The notes under the pieces are model-generated. The model ran no database searches. It saw only the letters and a list, made by a program, of their open reading frames with translations, and was not told the DNA's origin. DNA of 44,973 nt from Eledone cirrhosa (lineage: Eukaryota): assembly GCA_964016885.1 (NCBI GenBank), contig CAXHJY010000220.1:1-44973 (forward strand). The letters are read 5' to 3'. Numbering within the stretch: position 1 is the first letter of the stretch; every line of letters begins with the position of its first letter. This document shows positions 39,358 through 44,973 of the stretch, in pieces. A program made the translations under genes and the position numbers.

Positions 39358-40387
39358 ATATATTCTTAGTAAATCCATAAAATCTCTAATGCAGGAAATA
39401 ACTGTGAACACAGCTGATTGCTTTAAATAATAGCTTAGAAAATTGTGTAAAATACCCCTATAGACAGAAAAAGGGGGCCAGCAGTCACCACAGGGAATCA
39501 AACTTTGTACTAGGGAAAATAATCCAGAGGTGTGAGCGGGGAAAAAGCTCAACTCGGAAATGTAGTATAGGTTAGAAATTATATTTTATGATAAATTATA
39601 TTTATATATTTGTATGTGTGTATGAGTGCCTGTATAGCCATGCTAATGTGGAAAAATGGAGGTTAAACGGTGATGATTATGATATATACACACACAGACA
39701 TAACTACTGGTGTTATTATGTAATTCTTCAGGTTAATGACCGAGAAGCTCAGTAGAGGGTATGGGTAGTTGAGTGAGACTACAAAGTGAAATAAATAGAG
39801 AGGGGTTGGGTGGGGGGCAAGGTGTGACAGCAGTTTGCATTCTCTACTTCCATGTGGGCTGTTAAAGCATTATATAATACTACTGTTACTATCACACACA
39901 CACACACACACCATACATACAACATATGTATGTGCAGTTGAATGGAGTGAAGATTTTGGTTTAAGGATGAGAAATATTTTGAGTTAGACAACCTTATGAG
40001 AAAAAAAAAACAGGTTAGACACACACAAAAATGTGTGTGTGTGTGTATTGTTATACTTTGGGAGGGTCATGCGACCAATAAAACACATGCACGTTTTTAT
40101 TGGCAGCTTGACTCTGCCTCAACGCACGTTTTCAGATGAGAAATCTTGGAAAACAAATTCAAAAGTATATATATATATATATATATATATAAATGTGTGT
40201 GTGTGTGTGTACACACACACATGAATGCTGAGGTAATGAGTGTAAAGGAAATGGGTGTGTTTGATGTGCAATATACATGTGGTTGTGGAGAGGAGGACAA
40301 TAACAATGTGCACCCATGCACATCAAGTGCATATGTTTGTGCTTTGCATGTGCACACCAGTTAGGCCATTCACCGTTTCTCTGTTTA

Positions 40388-40425
<38 letters not shown>

Positions 40426-40554
40426 CATACAGTTCCCCCAAAATGTATACACATATTGGTTATTTTGCTGTTGAATTGTGTATACATTTTTAAGGACATT
40501 CTGTATATATATATGTGTGTGTGTACATATGTACATGTATGTCTTTCTCCGTTG

Positions 40555-40731
<177 letters not shown>

Positions 40732-40959
40732 ATGTGTGTGTGTTTGTGTACATGACTCCCCCAGTCCCTAGTTCTCTGAGTGTAACAGTGTGGGGTGTGG
40801 ACGAGGAACATAATGATATAAAAAAACCACACTAACTTCTATACTACTACCAACAATAACACAACCACCACTGCTACTACTACTGCTACAAACATCATCA
40901 TTACCGCCAGAACTGCTACTACTACTAGTGGTGGTTGTGGTGGTAGTTGTGCTAATGTA

Positions 40960-41335
40960 TTAATGGTGGTGATAGTGGTTAGTGCTGTGGTGGTAATATT
41001 GGTGGAGGTTGTTAGTGTATTGGTGGTGATATTGGTTACTGTATTGTTGGGAGTGTAGTTTAGTGTATTGGTGGGAGTGTAGTTAGTGCTGTGGGTGGTG
41101 ATATTGGTGAGAGTGTAGTTAGTGTATTGGTGGAGTGTAGTTAGTGGTGAGAGTGTAGTTAGTGTATTGGTGAGTGTAGTTAGTGTATTGGTGGGAGTGT
41201 AGTTAGTGCTGTGGTGGTGATATTGGTGAGAGTGTAGTTAGTGCTGTGGGTGGTGATAGTGGTTAGTGTATTAGTGGAGTGTAGTTAGGTGCTGTGGTGG
41301 TGATATTGGTGGGAGTGGTAGTTACGGTTGTGGTG
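40960..41335. repeat. degenerate GT-rich minisatellite (GAGTGTAGTTAGTG units)
   Basis: Read directly from the sequence. Confidence 0.85.
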
Positions 41336-41802
41336 TAATTCTCTGGGGAGGGGGGTAATGGTGGTGGTTAGTTTAATGTCATTTGAAAAACTCTTTTGTC
41401 TCTAGATTTGTTCATTTATTGATGTCATAAGGGGTGGATGACAGATAGATCTGTAATCACAAGTGGTGGATGAAGCATTGTTGGTGTGGTGGTGGTGGTG
41501 GTAGTGGTAGTGGGTTGTTATGTGGTAATAGAGGTAATGGTTGGTGGTGGTGGTGGTGGTGGTGGGGTGATAGTGACAGCAGTTATGGGTAATGGTTGTG
41601 GAGTGGCTGTGAACCCTTATTACACCTTGCAGCTCATGAAACCTGCCCACAGAGGTATCCAATATCCGGTAGGGGTATTGTGGATGGGTGGGGAAGAGGG
41701 GGTTGTACAATAGGTGTGGTGTGGGGCATCTGTTGTGTTTGGTGACATTACAGGTTGTTGATGATGATTATTTGGGAACTTTCTGGTTAGACAGATATAC
41801 AT

Positions 41803-42072
41803 TGTGTATGGGGTAGTTATGGTATTGGGGCTTGGAGTAATGGATGGTGTGTATGGGGTAGTTATGGTATTGGGGCTTGGAGTAATGGATGGTGTACGTA
41901 ATGGGGTAGTTATGGTATTGGGGCTTGGAGTAATGGATGGTGTGTATGGGGTAGTTATGGTATTGGGGCTTGCAGTAATGGATGGTGTGTATGGGGTAGT
42001 TATGGTATTGGGGCTTGCAGTAAATGGATGGTGTGTATGGGGGTAGTTATGGTATTGGGGCTTGCAGTAATG
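41803..42072. repeat. 45-nt minisatellite, 6 copies
   Basis: TGTGTATGGGGTAGTTATGGTATTGGGGCTTG(G/C)AGTAATGGATGG. Confidence 0.97.
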
Positions 42073-42150
42073 GGGGAGACTATCCAGTGTTTCATCCTGA
42101 GCAATAATTCATTGAAACAAATTAAAAAGCAATATGTCTGTAACAACACC

Positions 42151-42223
42151 ATATATGTATGTATATATATAGATGTATGTATATATGTAGATGTATATAT
42201 ATATATGTATGTATATATATATG

Positions 42224-42256
<33 letters not shown>

Positions 42257-42333
42257 GTATATATATATGTATGTATATATATAGATGTATATATATATAT
42301 ATATATGTATGTATATATATAGATGTATATGTA

Positions 42334-42392
<59 letters not shown>

Positions 42393-42535
42393 GTATGTAT
42401 ATATATATATGTATGTATATATATATATATACATATATATATATACATATATATATATACATATATATATATACATATATATATATCTACATACATATAT
42501 ACATATACATATATATATATACATATATACATATA

Positions 42536-42571
<36 letters not shown>

Positions 42572-42616
42572 TACATATATACATATATATATATATACAT
42601 ACATATATACATTACA

Positions 42617-42648
<32 letters not shown>

Positions 42649-42796
42649 CATATACACTATATATATATACATACATATATACATATACATATATATGTAT
42701 ATATATATTATATGTATATATATATATATGTATATATACATATATATGTATATATATATATGTATATATATATATGTATATGTATATATATATATG

Positions 42797-42843
<47 letters not shown>

Positions 42844-42897
42844 TGTGTATATATATATGATATATATATATATATATACATAATTATATATATATAC

Positions 42898-42946
<49 letters not shown>

Positions 42947-43000
42947 TATATGTATATATATATGTATATATATATGTATATATATATGTATATATATATG

Positions 43001-43034
<34 letters not shown>

Positions 43035-43181
43035 TGTGTATATATGTATATATATATTTATATATGTATATATATATATATATGTGTATATATGTATATA
43101 TGTATTATATGTATATATACGTATATATATATATATGTATATATGTATATATATGTATATATATATATATGTATATATATG

Positions 43182-43212
<31 letters not shown>

Positions 43213-43272
43213 GTATATATATATAATGTATGTATATATATATGTATATATATATATATGTATATATATATG

Positions 43273-43303
<31 letters not shown>

Positions 43304-43496
43304 GTATATATATATATGTATATGTATATATATATATGTATATATATATATGTTATATATATATATGTATATATATGTATATATATGTATATATATGTAT
43401 ATATATATATGTATATATATATATGTATATATATATATGTATATATATATATGTATATATATATATGTATATATATATATGTATATATATTATATG

Positions 43497-43527
<31 letters not shown>

Positions 43528-43556
43528 GTATATATATATATGTATATATATATATG

Positions 43557-43587
<31 letters not shown>

Positions 43588-43604
43588 GTATATATGTATA
43601 TATG

Positions 43605-43635
<31 letters not shown>

Positions 43636-43676
43636 GTATATATATATATGTATATATATATATGTATATATATATG

Positions 43677-43709
<33 letters not shown>

Positions 43710-43770
43710 GTATATATATATGTATATATATATGTATATATGTATATATATATATATGTATATATATATG

Positions 43771-43805
<35 letters not shown>

Positions 43806-44113
43806 GTATATATGTTATATATATATATGTATATATATATGTATATATATATATATATATGTATATGTATTTATATATATATGTATATATATATATGTAT
43901 ATATATATTATATGTATATATATATATGTATATATATATATGTATATATATATATGATATATATATTATATATATGTATATATATATGTATATATATATA
44001 TATGTATATATATATGTATATATATATATATATATGTATATAATATATATAGTATATATATATGTATATATGTATATATATATGTATATATATATATATG
44101 TATATATTATATG

Positions 44114-44144
<31 letters not shown>

Positions 44145-44184
44145 GTATATATATATGTATATATATATATATTATATATATATG

Positions 44185-44215
<31 letters not shown>

Positions 44216-44904
44216 GTATATATATATATGTATATATATATATATGTATATATATATGTATATATATATATATGTATATATATTATATATGTATATATAT
44301 ATATGTAATATATATATGTATATATGTATATATATATATATGTATATTATATATATGTATATATATATGTATATATATATGTATATATATATATGATAAT
44401 ATATATGTATATATATTGTATATATATATGTATATATATATGTATATATATATATATGTTATATTATGTATATATATGTATATATATATGTATTATATAT
44501 ATGTATATATATGTGTGTATATATATATGTATATATATGTATTTATAGTGTTATATGTTATTATATGTATATATATGTTGTATATGTATATATATGTATA
44601 TATATGTGTTGTATATGTATATATATGTATATATATATGTGTATATATATATATGTGTGTTATATATATGTGTGTATATGTGATATATAATATATGTGTG
44701 TATATATATATGTGTATATATATATATATGTATATATATGTGTGTATATATATATATGTGTATATATATATGTGTGTATATATATATATATGTGTATATA
44801 TATATGTGTGTATATATATATATATTGGTATATATATATGTGTGTATATATATATGTGTGTATATATATATATATGTATATATATGTATATATATATATA
44901 TGTG

Positions 44905-44937
<33 letters not shown>

Positions 44938-44938
44938 G
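42151..44938. repeat. compound (TA)n/(TATG)n array with internal polarity switches
   Basis: G-type units, switching to C-type (TACA) at ~42430-42690 and ~42879-42945. Confidence 0.99.
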
Positions 44939-44973
44939 TCATCATCATCATCATTTTACGTCCGCTTTTCCCT
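44939..44973 (-). mobile_element. RTE-type 3' tail (element continues beyond the window)
   Basis: Minus strand AGGGAAAAGCGGACGTAAAATGATGATGATGA, the same as 26942-26971. Confidence 0.85.

Noticed and set aside
41629-41672. Small + strand exon candidates (also ~36165 and ~34541)
   Set aside because: AG/GT boundaries exist, but the peptides are unrecognisable and cannot be supported without transcript data.

Overview
Repeat-dominated, AT-rich animal genomic DNA. The SINE, LINE and microsatellite landscape resembles an octopus genome (inference, not verified). No confident host gene is visible, and nearly all long ORFs in the track are stop-free translations of microsatellites. Contents: three multi-kb (TA)n/(TATG) arrays; two decayed Penelope-like retroelements (PLEs) sitting in (TA)n; many RTE-clade LINE fragments and RTE-tailed SINEs; tRNA-derived SINEs; a CR1-type RT fragment; a non-autonomous Helitron with both ends and a separate Helitron helicase fragment; a decayed Tc1 transposase with DD35E spacing; two MITEs; and a 2.2-kb G-rich minisatellite with ~40-nt units. 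The most notable signal is a set of type I hammerhead ribozyme (HHR) motifs. One lies downstream of each PLE (3660-3703, 13782-13859). A dense cluster at 36484-37835 places short non-coding HHR-bearing modules between (TA)n spacers, and three of them are fold-back palindromes. In two of these the inversion breakpoint falls at HHR stem II.
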